Shown piece after piece: positions 9,597 through 19,444 of a stretch of 64,000 nucleotides of DNA. The notes under the pieces are model-generated. The model was not told the DNA's origin, searched no databases, and was given only the letters and a program-made list of their open reading frames with translations. Source of the DNA: Candidatus Limnocylindrus sp. (GTDB taxonomy: Bacteria > Chloroflexota > Limnocylindria > Limnocylindrales > Limnocylindraceae); contig JBBAWM010000001.1 in assembly GCA_040397175.1 (NCBI GenBank), positions 57,976 through 121,975 on the forward strand, read 5' to 3'. A program made the position numbers and the translations under genes. The number at the start of each line of letters is the position of its first letter. Positions within the stretch are counted from its first letter, which is position 1.

Positions 9597-10571
9597 TCAG
9601 TGGGACGCAGCTCCGCGCGCGATCGATCGATTTCGTGCCGTCACCATAATTGCAACACCGACAACAACCACGGCGCCACCGGCGATGAGTTGCGCCGAGA
9701 TTGGCTCACTCAAGATGAAACTCCCTGCTAGCACAGCGACCACCGGATTCACGTAGGCGTAGGTAGAGACGAGCCCGAATGGCGCAACGCGCAGGAGCCA
9801 GGTGTAGATGTTGTAGGCGATAAGGCTTCCGACGACCACGAGATAGCCGAGGGCGAAGATCACATCGCTCCCCAGGGCGCCAAACTGCACGCTCCCCCAC
9901 TCGCCGAGGGCGGTGGCGATGATGGCGCCACCGATAGAACCGGCCAGCATTTGAATTGCGACAGCCACCCGTGAATCAGCTGGTGTTGCGGCGCGGCGCT
10001 GGCTCCAGATGGAGCCGCCACCCCAGCTGAGCGGACTAAAAAGGATGCAGGCGAGGCCGAGTGGATCAAGGCCAGCATCACCCGCCTTGGGCGAGATCAG
10101 GATCGCAACGCCGACGATGCCGACGGCGATGCCAAGGATGCTGAGCGGCGCGATGCGGTCCTTGTAGATGACGCGACCAATGACGGCGACCCAGATCGGC
10201 AGGAGGGCAATGAGCAGGGCGGTGATGCCCGATGGAATCGTCTGCTCGCCGAACGAGGTCACGCCGAGCCCGCCCACGTTGAGGGCGAGTCCAACGATCG
10301 CCTGGTCGCGAATCTGTGCGCGAGTCAACGAGCGCAGTGCGTCACGAGCGAAGATGGCAACGAGGATGAGCATGGCGAGACCGGCACAGGCGAAGCGAAT
10401 GGCCACCATCGCAAATGGCGGGAGCGCTACCCCTTGGTCCGGATCAACCACCACGCGAATGGCCAGATAGGTGGTGCCCCAAATGATGTAGATCGCGAGC
10501 ATCGCTAGGGCGATCGCAATGGGCGCGGCAGCCGTAAGCCGGGGGGCCGCCTTTGAAATTGTTTTTGCCAT
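9597..10571 (-). CDS. EamA/DMT transporter (YedA-like)
   Basis: IYIIWGTTYLAIR, GSLIAY..Y.WLL, STYAYVNPVVAV; about 10 TM segments. Confidence 0.9.
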   Translation of the reverse strand: MAKTISKAAPRLTAAAPIAIALAMLAIYIIWGTTYLAIRVVVDPDQGVALPPFAMVAIRFACAGLAMLILVAIFARDALRSLTRAQIRDQAIVGLALNVGGLGVTSFGEQTIPSGITALLIALLPIWVAVIGRVIYKDRIAPLSILGIAVGIVGVAILISPKAGDAGLDPLGLACILFSPLSWGGGSIWSQRRAATPADSRVAVAIQMLAGSIGGAIIATALGEWGSVQFGALGSDVIFALGYLVVVGSLIAYNIYTWLLRVAPFGLVSTYAYVNPVVAVLAGSFILSEPISAQLIAGGAVVVVGVAIMVTARNRSIARGAASH

Positions 10572-10581
10572 AGCGCTGATG

Positions 10582-11433
10582 CTAGCCGAGAGCGATCAGA
10601 ACCGCGCCTGCCACGATCGCAGTGGCGCCCGAGGCGCGCAGTGCGATCTGTGCTGCGCTGCTCGTCTCGCGCGCGCGAAGCAGCCCCCACCCCGAAACGA
10701 GCAAGATGGCGGATTCACGCAGCGGTACCACTACCGAGAGGGGCGCTACGGCGAAGGCGGCCATCACAAGAAGATGTCCACCGATGATCAGGGAGCCGGT
10801 GAGGGCGAGGTTTGGCGTGGTTTTCCACACAAGTCCGCGGCGCTGGGCGACGACGAGGTAGAGCAGGCCGGTGACTCCCCAGGTGATGCCAAGGAAGGGG
10901 AGCGGTCCAGCATCCAGCACACCGAGGCGCTCGATTGCAGAGCCACCCGCAGAGAGCACACCGGCCGCAATCGCAAAGAGCAGTGCCGTGCCCGAAATTC
11001 CCTCTCGTAGCCCCTGCCATGGCGGACGAAGTGCGATAAGCCCAACGATGATGAGCACCACCCCCCACGGCTGAGAGCCGATCAGCTGCTCACTAAGGAG
11101 GAGCGTGCCGATCGCAACGGCGACGAGCGGATTGATGCCGCGAACTATGGGATAGACGACGGAGATTGGTGCGCCCGCGTACGCCCGGGCAAGGCTCATG
11201 AAGTAGGCAAGCTCGGCGGCCCCAGCGGCGACGCCAAGCGCAGCTGCGAATGGCGTAACGTGCACGAGACCGACGCCCCACGCAGCAAGCACGAGCGCAC
11301 CCGCGATCAGACCTGGCGTGATGACGGCAAGGTTTGCCGCTGTCTCGGGGTCGCCCGTGCCCTTCAGTCGAATGTTCCACGCTGCGTGGGCGGCGGCCGA
11401 GCCGGCAATGAAGAGCAGCGTAGCAATTGGCAT
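10582..11433 (-). CDS. EamA/DMT transporter
   Basis: SAAAHAAWN..LK, AY..APISVVYPIVRG, VVPLRESAIL; start at ATG 11433 (TACGAT 6 nt upstream). Confidence 0.85.
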   Translation of the reverse strand: MPIATLLFIAGSAAAHAAWNIRLKGTGDPETAANLAVITPGLIAGALVLAAWGVGLVHVTPFAAALGVAAGAAELAYFMSLARAYAGAPISVVYPIVRGINPLVAVAIGTLLLSEQLIGSQPWGVVLIIVGLIALRPPWQGLREGISGTALLFAIAAGVLSAGGSAIERLGVLDAGPLPFLGITWGVTGLLYLVVAQRRGLVWKTTPNLALTGSLIIGGHLLVMAAFAVAPLSVVVPLRESAILLVSGWGLLRARETSSAAQIALRASGATAIVAGAVLIALG

Positions 11434-11474
11434 CTGCTCATCGTAGGTGCTCGACTCTCGCGTATCCTTCCACG

Positions 11475-12410
11475 ATGCGTTCGAGTCGGCTTCCGTGGAT
11501 TCTGATGGTCGTCGTTTCGGCGATCGGCTATGGATCGGGCTCGCTCTTTGCAAAGGCGATCTACACAACGAGCTTCGATTGGCTTGACCTGCTCGTGTGG
11601 CGTCACCTACTGGCCGCGCTCATCCTTGGGGTCATCGTGCTGGCGCTCCCAGCCGGCCGCGCAGCGCTCCGTGGCCTCACCCGGGAGCGCGCTCTTCGCT
11701 CCTTTGCGATTGGCCTCTTCTTCACCGCGAACGCCGCCACCTACTTCGGTAGCCTGACCTGGATCGACGCCTCGCTCGCCGGCCTCATGACCTATGCCTT
11801 CCCCGCCATCGTCGCCGTGCTCTCCATCTTCTTTGCGCATGCGCCGTCGGGCCCGCGACCCTGGATCGCCCTAGCCATCGCCACCACCGGCGTCGTCCTG
11901 GGCGTGGGAGGGATCCCCGATGCCAAAGAGCCGGCGCTGATCGGCCTCGTGCTCGGCGTCGCCTCACCGATCATCTACAGCTGCTACATCATCTTTGCCG
12001 CTCGCTTGGGAGGGGAGACGAAGAGTGGCACCGGCGCCTCGGGCGGTGGCGGCACCTCACCACTCGCCGCCGTCCCGCTGAGCCTGTTGGGCACCGCGGT
12101 CGGGATGCTCCTGCTGCGCGCTGCCCTCGGCCGGACGTTGCTGCCCACCCCGATCCCCGACGGCGCGCTCCTGCCGATTATTGGGGTCGCCACCATTGCG
12201 GGAATCATTCCGATCGGTGCCTTCTATATAGGAGCCCAGCGACTCGGCGCAGCGCGCGCGGCGCTGATCAGCACCGTGGAGCCGATCTTCACGATCGTGG
12301 CGGCGGGCTACCTCTTTAGCGAGAGCCTCGCCCCGCTCCAGCTCGTGGGGGGCGCACTCATCCTTGGCGCGGTGCTGGTGGCTGAGTGGGGTGCTATTCG
12401 CTCGAGGTAG
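11475..12410 (+). CDS. EamA/DMT transporter
   Basis: About 10 TM segments; DASLAGLMTYAFP, GAARAALISTVEPIFT..GYLFSE. Confidence 0.85.
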   Translation: MRSSRLPWILMVVVSAIGYGSGSLFAKAIYTTSFDWLDLLVWRHLLAALILGVIVLALPAGRAALRGLTRERALRSFAIGLFFTANAATYFGSLTWIDASLAGLMTYAFPAIVAVLSIFFAHAPSGPRPWIALAIATTGVVLGVGGIPDAKEPALIGLVLGVASPIIYSCYIIFAARLGGETKSGTGASGGGGTSPLAAVPLSLLGTAVGMLLLRAALGRTLLPTPIPDGALLPIIGVATIAGIIPIGAFYIGAQRLGAARAALISTVEPIFTIVAAGYLFSESLAPLQLVGGALILGAVLVAEWGAIRSR

Positions 12411-12446
12411 GGGAGAGGATGGGAGCTAAAACACCTTTTCCACATT

Positions 12447-12520
12447 GTTACCACGGAATTCACAGAATTAACCGTGCGTTAACCCCGCGGTAGCAATCCG
12501 TAAACCTTCATCAACCAATC
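12447..12520 (+). promoter_or_regulatory. Tandem 11-bp direct repeats (PHO-box-like) upstream of pstS
   Basis: ATTAAC 12467, GTTAAC 12478, GGTAGC 12489, GTAAAC 12500 at exact 11-nt period, plus GTTACC 12447/ATTCAC 12458. Confidence 0.65.
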
Positions 12521-12587
12521 TCCCCCTGCGCAATATTGTGAGCGTGTCGCGCGCGCTCAATAAGAAGGCAAAAGCAGGAGGAATCTC

Positions 12588-14189
12588 GTGCGAATCACGA
12601 AGCTCGTGTTTGTGGGCTTGGCGCTCACACTCTTCACAGGACTTGGTGGATCCAATGTCCGCGCATCGGTCACCCCAATTATTGACGTGGTTCCGGCCGC
12701 TGGCAAGATTGAGGGATCAGGCGCAACCTTCCCACTCAGCCAGTATCGAGATTGGTTCTCGACCTTCACCGACATTAACCGCGATGTCGCGTGCGAAAGC
12801 ACCTCCGACACCGACGGCGACAACGAACTTGCTGATTGCTCGAATCCAGATAACAACATCAAGCAGTTTGATCCAGGTAATTATGTCGATGCGTCAGGCA
12901 AGGGTGGCCTAGTACTTGGCTACACCGGCGTCGGGTCGGGCACTGGCAAGAAGAACTTCTATGGTTCCTCATGCCGCAAGGACACCCAGATGTTCTCTGG
13001 TACCGACTCGCTCTTGAGCACGGAAAACTACAACATGATTGTGAGCGGTTCGCATAACAGCGTGAATGCCGGCTGCAGCACCGCTGGCTCATCGCCAATT
13101 GGCCTGAACGGCTACATCATGGTTCCAGCAACCGCTGGCGCCATTTCGTTGGTTTACAACATTCCAGGCCTGCTTCAGTACACTTCAACTGCGAGGACGA
13201 AGACCACTGCAGCTAGCCTGAACCTTGATGGCGCCACGGTGTGCGACATCTACACGGGCAAGATCAAGAAGTGGGACGATGCAAAGATCAAGGCCCTCAA
13301 CCCACTCGTGAAGACGAGCGGCACGGGTTCGCTGCCAAACCAGAACATCATCACCGTTGCTCGAGCTGAGAGCTCGGGAACCACGTTCATCTTTAGTACG
13401 TACCTCGCAAAGGCAAACGACAATGCCACCATGCGCCAGTGCGGCTTCAACACCGCATTCGGTAAGGCTGGCGTGGCTGGTCGAACTTTCACGACGAAGG
13501 AAGACGCAACTGCTATCACTCACGTCGATGGGGATCTCATCCCACAGGAAGAGACCCTTGGTGGCAAGTTCAACGAGCTCCGCAAGTTGAACAACGTCGT
13601 GGGTGGCGTCGCTACCCCTAACCCAATCACTGGTAAGGCAGCGAACGGTGGAATCGCGACCTATGTGTCAGCGACCCCATACACGTTCGGCTACGTCGAG
13701 CTTTCATACCAGGTGAAGTACAACCTGAAGGCAGCAAAGCTTCGCACGCTGACCGACGCGGCCGGCAGCAAGGCTAACTACATTGCTCCGTCGGTGGCCG
13801 GGACCACCGCTGCACTCAACGTTGCGTACGGAACCACCGCCAAGGTCACCGCGTCAAAGGTTATCAAGCCACCGACGACGGCGATCAGCGCTGGTGGGTT
13901 CATTCACCCCGTGTATCAGACCGGCCTCACCTCGTACCCAATCGTGGGTGTGACCTGGATCCTCACCTATACGGAGTGGGGATCGGGCGCAAACAAGAAC
14001 GGTGCGGACACCTCCATGACCAAGGGTCAGGTTCAGGGGCTCGTAGCCTTCCTGGACTGGATCCTCGATGAGGGTCAGGCTTCGTACAATCTGTACCAGG
14101 GGTACGCCCCACTCCCAGCGGCTCTGCGCACGAGGGCGCTTGCCGAGTTGATCACGATTCGCTACGACGGACAGCGCGTCCGACCGTAA
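12588..14189 (+). CDS. pstS: Phosphate-binding protein PstS, enlarged and with DING-like features
   Basis: Signal peptide; GSGATFP, GVGSGTG, ARAESSGTTFIF, FGYVE, SYPIVG..W, GYAPLP; first gene of pstCAB; GTG start after AGGAGG. Confidence 0.88.
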   Translation: MRITKLVFVGLALTLFTGLGGSNVRASVTPIIDVVPAAGKIEGSGATFPLSQYRDWFSTFTDINRDVACESTSDTDGDNELADCSNPDNNIKQFDPGNYVDASGKGGLVLGYTGVGSGTGKKNFYGSSCRKDTQMFSGTDSLLSTENYNMIVSGSHNSVNAGCSTAGSSPIGLNGYIMVPATAGAISLVYNIPGLLQYTSTARTKTTAASLNLDGATVCDIYTGKIKKWDDAKIKALNPLVKTSGTGSLPNQNIITVARAESSGTTFIFSTYLAKANDNATMRQCGFNTAFGKAGVAGRTFTTKEDATAITHVDGDLIPQEETLGGKFNELRKLNNVVGGVATPNPITGKAANGGIATYVSATPYTFGYVELSYQVKYNLKAAKLRTLTDAAGSKANYIAPSVAGTTAALNVAYGTTAKVTASKVIKPPTTAISAGGFIHPVYQTGLTSYPIVGVTWILTYTEWGSGANKNGADTSMTKGQVQGLVAFLDWILDEGQASYNLYQGYAPLPAALRTRALAELITIRYDGQRVRP

Positions 14190-14212
14190 CGAGCACGCAC
14201 AAGCGTACGGAC

Positions 14213-14242
14213 CGGGGAGGTCGCCGCAAGGCGACCTCCCCG
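14213..14242 (+). terminator. 13-bp GC hairpin with GCAA tetraloop between pstS and pstC
   Basis: cggggaggtcgcc-GCAA-ggcgacctccccg; no U-tract. Confidence 0.65.
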
Positions 14243-14274
14243 AATCCGTTCAGTAGCGAGAGAGGAGAGCGCAC

Positions 14275-15198
14275 ATGGCATTTAACCTGACCGGCTCGCG
14301 CAGCGCGCTCTCCCCTGACCGCGCCTTCCGTACGATCACCCTCGCTTGCGCTGCCGCCAGTGCGGCAGTCCTGGCGATCATCTTTGTGGTGCTGGTGCTT
14401 GGCTCCATTCCAGCACTTACCGCCACCTCATTCTTGGACTTCCTCAGTGCAAATGCCGGCCCAATCTTCGGGACGGTGGCCACCGCGCTCATCGCCATCG
14501 CCGTTGCTGGCCCAATCGGCATCCTCGCCGCCGTCTACCTTGTGGAGTTCGCGCCGAAGCGCCTGGCTATCGTGCTCACCTTCATCGTTGAGCTAATCGC
14601 CGCCATCCCTTCGGTTGTATTTGGTCTCTGGGCGCTTAACGACCTATCGATTCGACTCCGCGACTCGGTTGAATGGTGGGTCGCGAGCAGCATCGGCAAG
14701 TACATTCCCTTTTTCGGCGAAGACAGTGCGAACCCCGCCGCCGACTCTGTCTTCCGCGCTGGGTTCCTCGTTGGCATCATGATCATTCCCCTCGTGGTCT
14801 CACTGAGCCGAGAAATCATTCGTGCCGTACCAATCTCCCTTCGCGAGGGCTACATCGGCATGGGAGCAACGCGCTGGGAGACGATCCGCCAGGTGGTTCT
14901 CCCAACCGCCCGTGTCGGCATCATCGGTGCGCTCATGTTGGCGCTTGGCCGCGCCCTGGGCGAAACAATTGCTGTAACCATGGTGATCGGCGGTTCCAAC
15001 GATGTACCGGGAAGCATCTTCCAGCCCGGATCCACCATTGCTACTCGTATCGCCACGACCCTACCAGAGGCGAGCGACGATGTGAGGTCGGTCCTCATCG
15101 CGCTCGGCGTCATCCTCTTCTTCGTTTCGCTTGGCCTTAGCCTGGCAATGCGCCTTGCCGCCCGCCAAACCGCCAAGATCACTGCGAGCGTCAAGTGA
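14275..15198 (+). CDS. pstC: Phosphate ABC permease PstC
   Basis: ELIAAIPSVVFGLW, MIIP, AVP..LREG..GMGATRWETI, GRALGETIAV. Confidence 0.93.
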   Translation: MAFNLTGSRSALSPDRAFRTITLACAAASAAVLAIIFVVLVLGSIPALTATSFLDFLSANAGPIFGTVATALIAIAVAGPIGILAAVYLVEFAPKRLAIVLTFIVELIAAIPSVVFGLWALNDLSIRLRDSVEWWVASSIGKYIPFFGEDSANPAADSVFRAGFLVGIMIIPLVVSLSREIIRAVPISLREGYIGMGATRWETIRQVVLPTARVGIIGALMLALGRALGETIAVTMVIGGSNDVPGSIFQPGSTIATRIATTLPEASDDVRSVLIALGVILFFVSLGLSLAMRLAARQTAKITASVK

Positions 15199-16064
15199 CC
15201 ACGGCTCGAACGCACGAGATGCTGGAGTCGGGAAGCCGCCGAGATACGCGCCGCCGTGTCTGGGACCGCTTCATGCGATTCACCGCGCTGGCGGCGACAA
15301 TTGCGGCAATCGTTCCCCTGATCGCGCTGATCTACTTTGTGACGACGCGAGCAATCCCGTGGCTCGACGCGGCACTCTTCGTGAACAATCCGCTCGACAA
15401 ACCGTCGGGTATTAGCAACGCAATCTTTGGTTCGCTACAGCTCACCACCGCGGCAATCCTTGCCGTCGCACCAGTTGGCATACTCGCGGCGATCTATCTC
15501 AACGAATATGCGTCGCCACGTCTTGTCTCCTGGTCGGAGCTGGTGATTGACGTGATGCTTGGTGTGCCAAGCATCGTGGTCGGCATGTTTGCCTTCATGG
15601 TGATCGTTCCCCAGCTAGGCGTATCCGCGGGCTCCGGCGTCGTTGCTATCGGCATCCTCATGTTGCCCATCGTGATTCGAACGACCCAAGAGGTGTTGCG
15701 CCTGGTACCGGCGAGCGTGCGTGAGGCGTCGCTCGCCCTCGGCGTTCCAGTGTGGAAGACCGTCACCTTCGTGGTGTGCCGCACGGCGTTTTCAGGGATC
15801 TTGACAGCCGTAATCTTGGCCTATAGCCGTGGCCTCGGTGAAACGGCGCCGTTACTCCTCACCGTGCGCGGTACCTTTGCGCAGAACTGGTTTGACTTCG
15901 GCACCACTATGAATGCCATGCCGCTCACGATCTATTCGTACTCAGGTGCGGCCGACTCACGCACCATTGGTCAAGCGTGGGCCGCAGCGCTTATCTTGAT
16001 GGCGATGGCGCTGGTCCTTAACATCATTGTTCGAGCACGAACTGTGAACAGTCGAGTAGCGTAA
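15195..16064 (+). CDS. pstA: Phosphate ABC permease PstA
   Basis: [45 protein letters not shown]. Confidence 0.93.
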   Translation: MTTARTHEMLESGSRRDTRRRVWDRFMRFTALAATIAAIVPLIALIYFVTTRAIPWLDAALFVNNPLDKPSGISNAIFGSLQLTTAAILAVAPVGILAAIYLNEYASPRLVSWSELVIDVMLGVPSIVVGMFAFMVIVPQLGVSAGSGVVAIGILMLPIVIRTTQEVLRLVPASVREASLALGVPVWKTVTFVVCRTAFSGILTAVILAYSRGLGETAPLLLTVRGTFAQNWFDFGTTMNAMPLTIYSYSGAADSRTIGQAWAAALILMAMALVLNIIVRARTVNSRVA

Positions 16065-16078
16065 GGAGGAGGAAGAGC

Positions 16079-16954
16079 ATGGGAAGCGACGAGACCACGA
16101 GAAGCGCGACAAAGAGGACGACCGGTCGTCTCACAGGCGCTGATGGCGCCGATAGGGCCGTGGCTGATGCCCGTCCAGCGTCACAATATGCGCTCGAACT
16201 CAACAATGTCGAAGCGTTTTATGGCACCTTCCGGGCGGTAGCCGGCGTCAGCCTGAAGATTGCACCGAAGTCGGTGACCGCCTTCATCGGGCCATCTGGC
16301 TGTGGCAAGTCCACACTGCTCCGCGTGCTGAATCGCATGCACGAAACACTCCCGGGTACCTCAGTCAAGGGTGAGACGCTCCTCGACGGCGTCGATCTGT
16401 ACGGGCCGAAGGTCGACCCGGTCCGTGCGCGGCGCCTGGTCGGCATGGTCTTCCAGAAGCCAAACCCGTTCCCAACGATGTCCATCTTCGAGAACGTGAT
16501 CTCGGGCCTACGACTGGCTGGGGTTCGCTTCAAGAGTGAACTGGAAGGCGTTGCGGAGACCTCGCTGCGTAAGGCCGCTCTCTGGGATGAGGTCAAGGAC
16601 AAGCTCCACCAGCCAGGAACCTCCCTCTCGGGCGGACAACAGCAGCGTCTCTGCATTGCCCGCACAATCGCGGTGAAGCCAGAGATCGTACTCATGGACG
16701 AGCCGTGCTCTGCGCTCGATCCAGTCGCAACCTTGAAGGTCGAAGAGTTGGTCCGAGAGCTCGCGGTGGATTACACGATCGTCATCGTGACCCACAACAT
16801 GCAGCAGGCATCGCGCGTTTCCAACACCACCGCATTCTTCTCGATGAACGAGCAGCGTGCAGGGTATTTGGTGGAGATGGACGCGACAAACAAGATCTTC
16901 ACGAATCCTAAGGAGCAGCTCACGAGCGATTACGTGGCAGGACGCTTCGGTTGA
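16079..16954 (+). CDS. pstB: Phosphate ABC ATPase PstB
   Basis: [58 protein letters not shown]. Confidence 0.96.
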   Translation: MGSDETTRSATKRTTGRLTGADGADRAVADARPASQYALELNNVEAFYGTFRAVAGVSLKIAPKSVTAFIGPSGCGKSTLLRVLNRMHETLPGTSVKGETLLDGVDLYGPKVDPVRARRLVGMVFQKPNPFPTMSIFENVISGLRLAGVRFKSELEGVAETSLRKAALWDEVKDKLHQPGTSLSGGQQQRLCIARTIAVKPEIVLMDEPCSALDPVATLKVEELVRELAVDYTIVIVTHNMQQASRVSNTTAFFSMNEQRAGYLVEMDATNKIFTNPKEQLTSDYVAGRFG

Positions 16955-18129
16955 TGCGCGCCCCTGGGTCACTCGCTGCACTCCTCACGAGCGCCGTGCT
17001 CGTTGTGGCAGCGTGTCGTCCTGGGACCGGAGAGCCCACGCCTTCGGCGTCGTCGATTGCTGGAGACCTTGTACCATCGCGCGAAGTTACGGTTGCCATC
17101 TCTCTCCCAGAGGGGAACTCGACGCTCGCCGCTGCGATTGCAGTGGCGGCGGGTTCCGAATCACTCGGTGGCTCCCAGATCACGGTCTCAACCTTCACTC
17201 CATTTGCAGGCGAAGAACAGTTCCAGTCGGGCCATCGTGACGGGCAGATTGATCTCTACCTGGCCACCGCTGGGGCAGTGCTGAGCGCACAAGCTTCGGG
17301 CGATACGGCCGATGATCTCGTACAGATCGCTGGGCTCCAAACGCATGACCTCCGCTCACTCATTTCGTACACCAGTGACAAGCTGACGTCGATTTCGAGC
17401 GGTTCGATCCTCATTCAAGGGCGCCCAGGTGATGAGTTGAGCCTTTTTGATCTCCTTGCCAGCCAAGAGGCGGCAAACCCTGGAAGCACCCCTGACCCAA
17501 AGAAGTTGACTTTCCTCTACTCGGCTGACCCCTCGGCACCCTTCGACATCACACCGCTTGTTGATGGCACCGCCGTAGCCGCCTGGGTCACCGACTTTGA
17601 CGGGCTCGCCCGTGCCTACGAGGCGTACCGAATGGATGACGGCACGCAGTACGGCATAGCTGGAGTCAAGCGCATCCTTACGACCAGCGCTGAAAGCCCG
17701 CTTGCTGGTGCTGGTATTTGGGCACACAAGATCGATCTTGGTAACCAGGACCTCCTCATCTCTACCGCTGCTTTCTTGGTATCGCTCGCGAGTGGAGCGG
17801 CCTCCTGTCGCGATGGCGCGCTTGACTGCGCTGGAGTTGTTGAGGCTGGAGCACTCTCTGATCGCAGCGGGGATTCTCTCATCTGGTCGATCAACGAGTT
17901 GAACCGTTCAATGTGGCCAGCACCGGAGGGTGTGCTTACCGTCAGCACGGCGGCAATCGATGCTGCGATCGCCACTGCGAATCAGGCTGGCTGGGCGATC
18001 GGGTCAATCAGCGCCGCGGACCTTGTTGACACACAAGCGCTCGAGCTCGCGGTCGATCACCTTCCCGCCGAACTCGATGTAAAGGGCTCCGCCTGGGTTT
18101 CGATTGAGGTGATGCTTCCACTCGATTAG
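16954..18129 (+). CDS. Lipoprotein, divergent NMT1/THI5-like (SsuA-type) substrate-binding fold
   Basis: Lipobox LVVAAC; segments IDLYLATAGAVLSAQASG..LVQIAGL and WSINELNRSMWPAPEG recall NMT1-like binding proteins; TGATG overlap with pstB stop. Confidence 0.5.
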   Translation: MRAPGSLAALLTSAVLVVAACRPGTGEPTPSASSIAGDLVPSREVTVAISLPEGNSTLAAAIAVAAGSESLGGSQITVSTFTPFAGEEQFQSGHRDGQIDLYLATAGAVLSAQASGDTADDLVQIAGLQTHDLRSLISYTSDKLTSISSGSILIQGRPGDELSLFDLLASQEAANPGSTPDPKKLTFLYSADPSAPFDITPLVDGTAVAAWVTDFDGLARAYEAYRMDDGTQYGIAGVKRILTTSAESPLAGAGIWAHKIDLGNQDLLISTAAFLVSLASGAASCRDGALDCAGVVEAGALSDRSGDSLIWSINELNRSMWPAPEGVLTVSTAAIDAAIATANQAGWAIGSISAADLVDTQALELAVDHLPAELDVKGSAWVSIEVMLPLD

Positions 18130-18147
18130 CGGGCGGCCTGACACCCC

Positions 18148-18732
18148 CTAGGCGAACACCTGGTGGCAGGCGCGGCAGCGCGCCTCATACGTGTCATCCC
18201 CGGCCATGCCGCCGATAACGATCAGCTCGTCGTTGGCGCCTGCAGGCTTACCGCCACGTAGTCGCTGGGACCTCGTCGCCTCGCTGCCACAGATCACGCA
18301 GATAGCTGAGAGCTTCGTTACCTCGTCAGCGAGAGCAAGCAGTTCTGGAATCGTGGCAAATGGTCGGCCTGCAAAGTCCTGATCGAGACCGCTCACAATT
18401 ACCGTGCGTGGTGCCGCAACGATCTCCTCGATGATGGCGGGGAGATCTGAGCCAAAGAACTGCGCCTCTTCGATCGCGACTGCATCTGGGTCGAGGCGGG
18501 CAATCTCGCTGCGGATGGCGGTGGCGTCGGGCGCAACGACGCTCGGGAATCGGGTTCCGGTGCGGCTGACGACCTCGCCAGGGGTGACTCGCGTGTCGCG
18601 GGCGGGAGTGATGAGCAGAACACTCTGACCGGCAATCTGACGGCGGGTGAGGAGCCGCACGACCTCCGCGGTCTTGCCGCTGCTCATGCAGCCAGCGATC
18701 ACGTGGAGCCAGGGGCGACGCGGAATAGCCAT
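18148..18732 (-). CDS. tdk: Thymidine kinase
   Basis: GCMSSGKT, IEEAQFF, SGLDQDFAGRPF, Zn motifs CVIC and YEARCRAC. Confidence 0.93.
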   Translation of the reverse strand: MAIPRRPWLHVIAGCMSSGKTAEVVRLLTRRQIAGQSVLLITPARDTRVTPGEVVSRTGTRFPSVVAPDATAIRSEIARLDPDAVAIEEAQFFGSDLPAIIEEIVAAPRTVIVSGLDQDFAGRPFATIPELLALADEVTKLSAICVICGSEATRSQRLRGGKPAGANDELIVIGGMAGDDTYEARCRACHQVFA

Positions 18733-18826
18733 GGCGGGAATCCTAGCGGAACCGCACCGCACCTGTCTGGTACGCAATCACCCGTACGATGCTTGTCTGC
18801 CTAGTAACCCGCCTGTAGGAGTCGAT

Positions 18827-19444
18827 ATGCAGACAGAGCGAGTTCTTTTGACGTCGCGCCACGCCGTGCGCGCGGTGGTGGTTGCGGGTGCGCTGGTGGT
18901 CGGGGCGACGGTCGGTCGCACCAGCGCCGCGTTCACCGCCACGGCACCAGTGACTGGTGGGGCCACCTCAGGAGTCGTCTCGTTGAGTACGGGTGGCGTG
19001 CAGCAGCTCACCTTCGGTGGCGCAACACTTACCAACATTGGGCCGGGCGCCACCTTCACGCAAACGGTTACGGTGCTGAACCAGTCGACGGTGACCACCC
19101 CATCAAGTCTCACCGACATCGCCCTGTGGAGTGACATCACCGGTACCTCGACCGCGGCGTCGGGGCTTGGCGCTGCGCTGCAAGTTACGATTACGCGAAG
19201 CATTGGCGGCGAGAGTGCAGAGACGCTGTATAACGGTGCACTGAACGGGCTCTCTGCATACGCGTCGTTCGCGAAACCGATTGGCGTGGCATGGAGCTCA
19301 CGGAATGGCGGTTCTGCGACGGGTGTTTCGGCAAAGAGCGCGACCTACACCTTTACATTCACCCTGCCTGCGAGTGCGACAACAGGGGCCGACTCCTCGG
19401 TAGCGGCAACCTTCACTTTTGAGGCACGCAACAAGACGCAATGA
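18827..19444 (+). CDS. TasA/camelysin-like secreted protein with SipW-class signal peptide (205 aa)
   Basis: Hydrophobic N-terminus ending GRTSA|AFT; NIGPGATFTQTVTVLN; LYNGALNGL; C-terminal FTFEA; AGGAG SD before ATG 18827. Confidence 0.75.
   Translation: MQTERVLLTSRHAVRAVVVAGALVVGATVGRTSAAFTATAPVTGGATSGVVSLSTGGVQQLTFGGATLTNIGPGATFTQTVTVLNQSTVTTPSSLTDIALWSDITGTSTAASGLGAALQVTITRSIGGESAETLYNGALNGLSAYASFAKPIGVAWSSRNGGSATGVSAKSATYTFTFTLPASATTGADSSVAATFTFEARNKTQ

Noticed and set aside
18647-18826. Longer N-terminus for the TasA-like ORF as given in the ORF track
   Set aside because: It overlaps tdk on the other strand; the SD and signal peptide support ATG 18827
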